From Ruminococcus sp. (lineage in GTDB: Bacteria; Bacillota; Clostridia; Oscillospirales; Acutalibacteraceae): a DNA stretch of 52,833 nucleotides. The first letter of the stretch is position 1; each line of letters starts with the position of its first letter. Positions 52,821 to 52,833 of this stretch are shown piece after piece. Where the stretch lies: positions 1 through 52,833 of the forward strand of contig JAMPAE010000001.1 in NCBI GenBank assembly GCA_023667385.1, in the 5' to 3' direction. Made by a program: the position numbers and the translations under genes. The notes beneath the pieces are model-generated. The model was not told where the DNA came from. It ran no database searches and saw only the letters and a program-made list of their open reading frames with translations.

Positions 52821-52833
52821 TTCGAACTCGTGG
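52807..52833 (-). tRNA. Partial tRNA gene (3' part only; T-arm plus acceptor 3' strand); possibly tRNA-Ser
   Basis: The reverse complement reads ccACGAG-TTCGAAT-CTCGT-CCTCTCC-G. That gives a 5-bp T-stem, a canonical TTCGAAT T-loop, a 7-nt acceptor strand and a G discriminator. The anticodon lies outside the window, so the isotype is only a guess based on a GGAGAGG 5' end and G73. Confidence 0.75.

Overview
The window holds essentially one complete prophage of about 52.8 kb. It is a temperate, siphovirus-like tailed phage. It is bounded by a 17-bp direct repeat (39..55 and 52804..52820) that duplicates the 3' end of a minus-strand tRNA gene; the tRNA body runs off the right edge. The host looks Bacteroidales-like, which is an inference from the integrase type, TAnnTTTG -7 boxes, absence of Shine-Dalgarno sites and the lipoprotein signals.

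Gene order, left to right:
- attL, then tyrosine integrase and a small HTH protein (minus strand).
- A 378-bp non-coding region rich in TGCA motifs and AT.
- A lysogeny operon on the minus strand: XRE repressor, a 117-aa protein and a lipoprotein.
- Early genes on the plus strand: small proteins, a LuxR-type HTH protein, a Rad50/SbcC-like ATPase, RecT, an MBL-fold nuclease, a replication initiator with an internal ori-like iteron block, a P-loop loader, a Rha/KilAC antirepressor, C5 and DPPY methyltransferases, a DnaQ-like exonuclease, MazG, SSB and RuvC.
- A terminator, then late genes: ParB-like protein, TerS, TerL, portal, and a MuF/gp7 polyvalent protein with two zincin motifs.
- A ten-gene island of unknown function on the opposite strand (26881..30551).
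- Scaffold, major capsid protein, connectors, major tail protein, a G/GT-type frameshift chaperone, a 1489-aa tape measure, Dit and Tal.
- A diversity-generating retroelement (DGR): a target gene with VR1, the template repeat (TR) and the reverse transcriptase.
- Holin, GH108 endolysin, a u-spanin-like lipoprotein, then attR.

The most notable observation is a second, remote variable repeat (VR2, 9586..9662). It lies 39 kb from the TR inside a small acidic early-region gene. It differs from the TR only at TR adenines and carries the same IMH-like 3' end as VR1. This suggests the DGR also diversifies a non-structural protein.

All alignments and counts were made by hand from the sequence. Family names come from recognised motifs, not from database searches.
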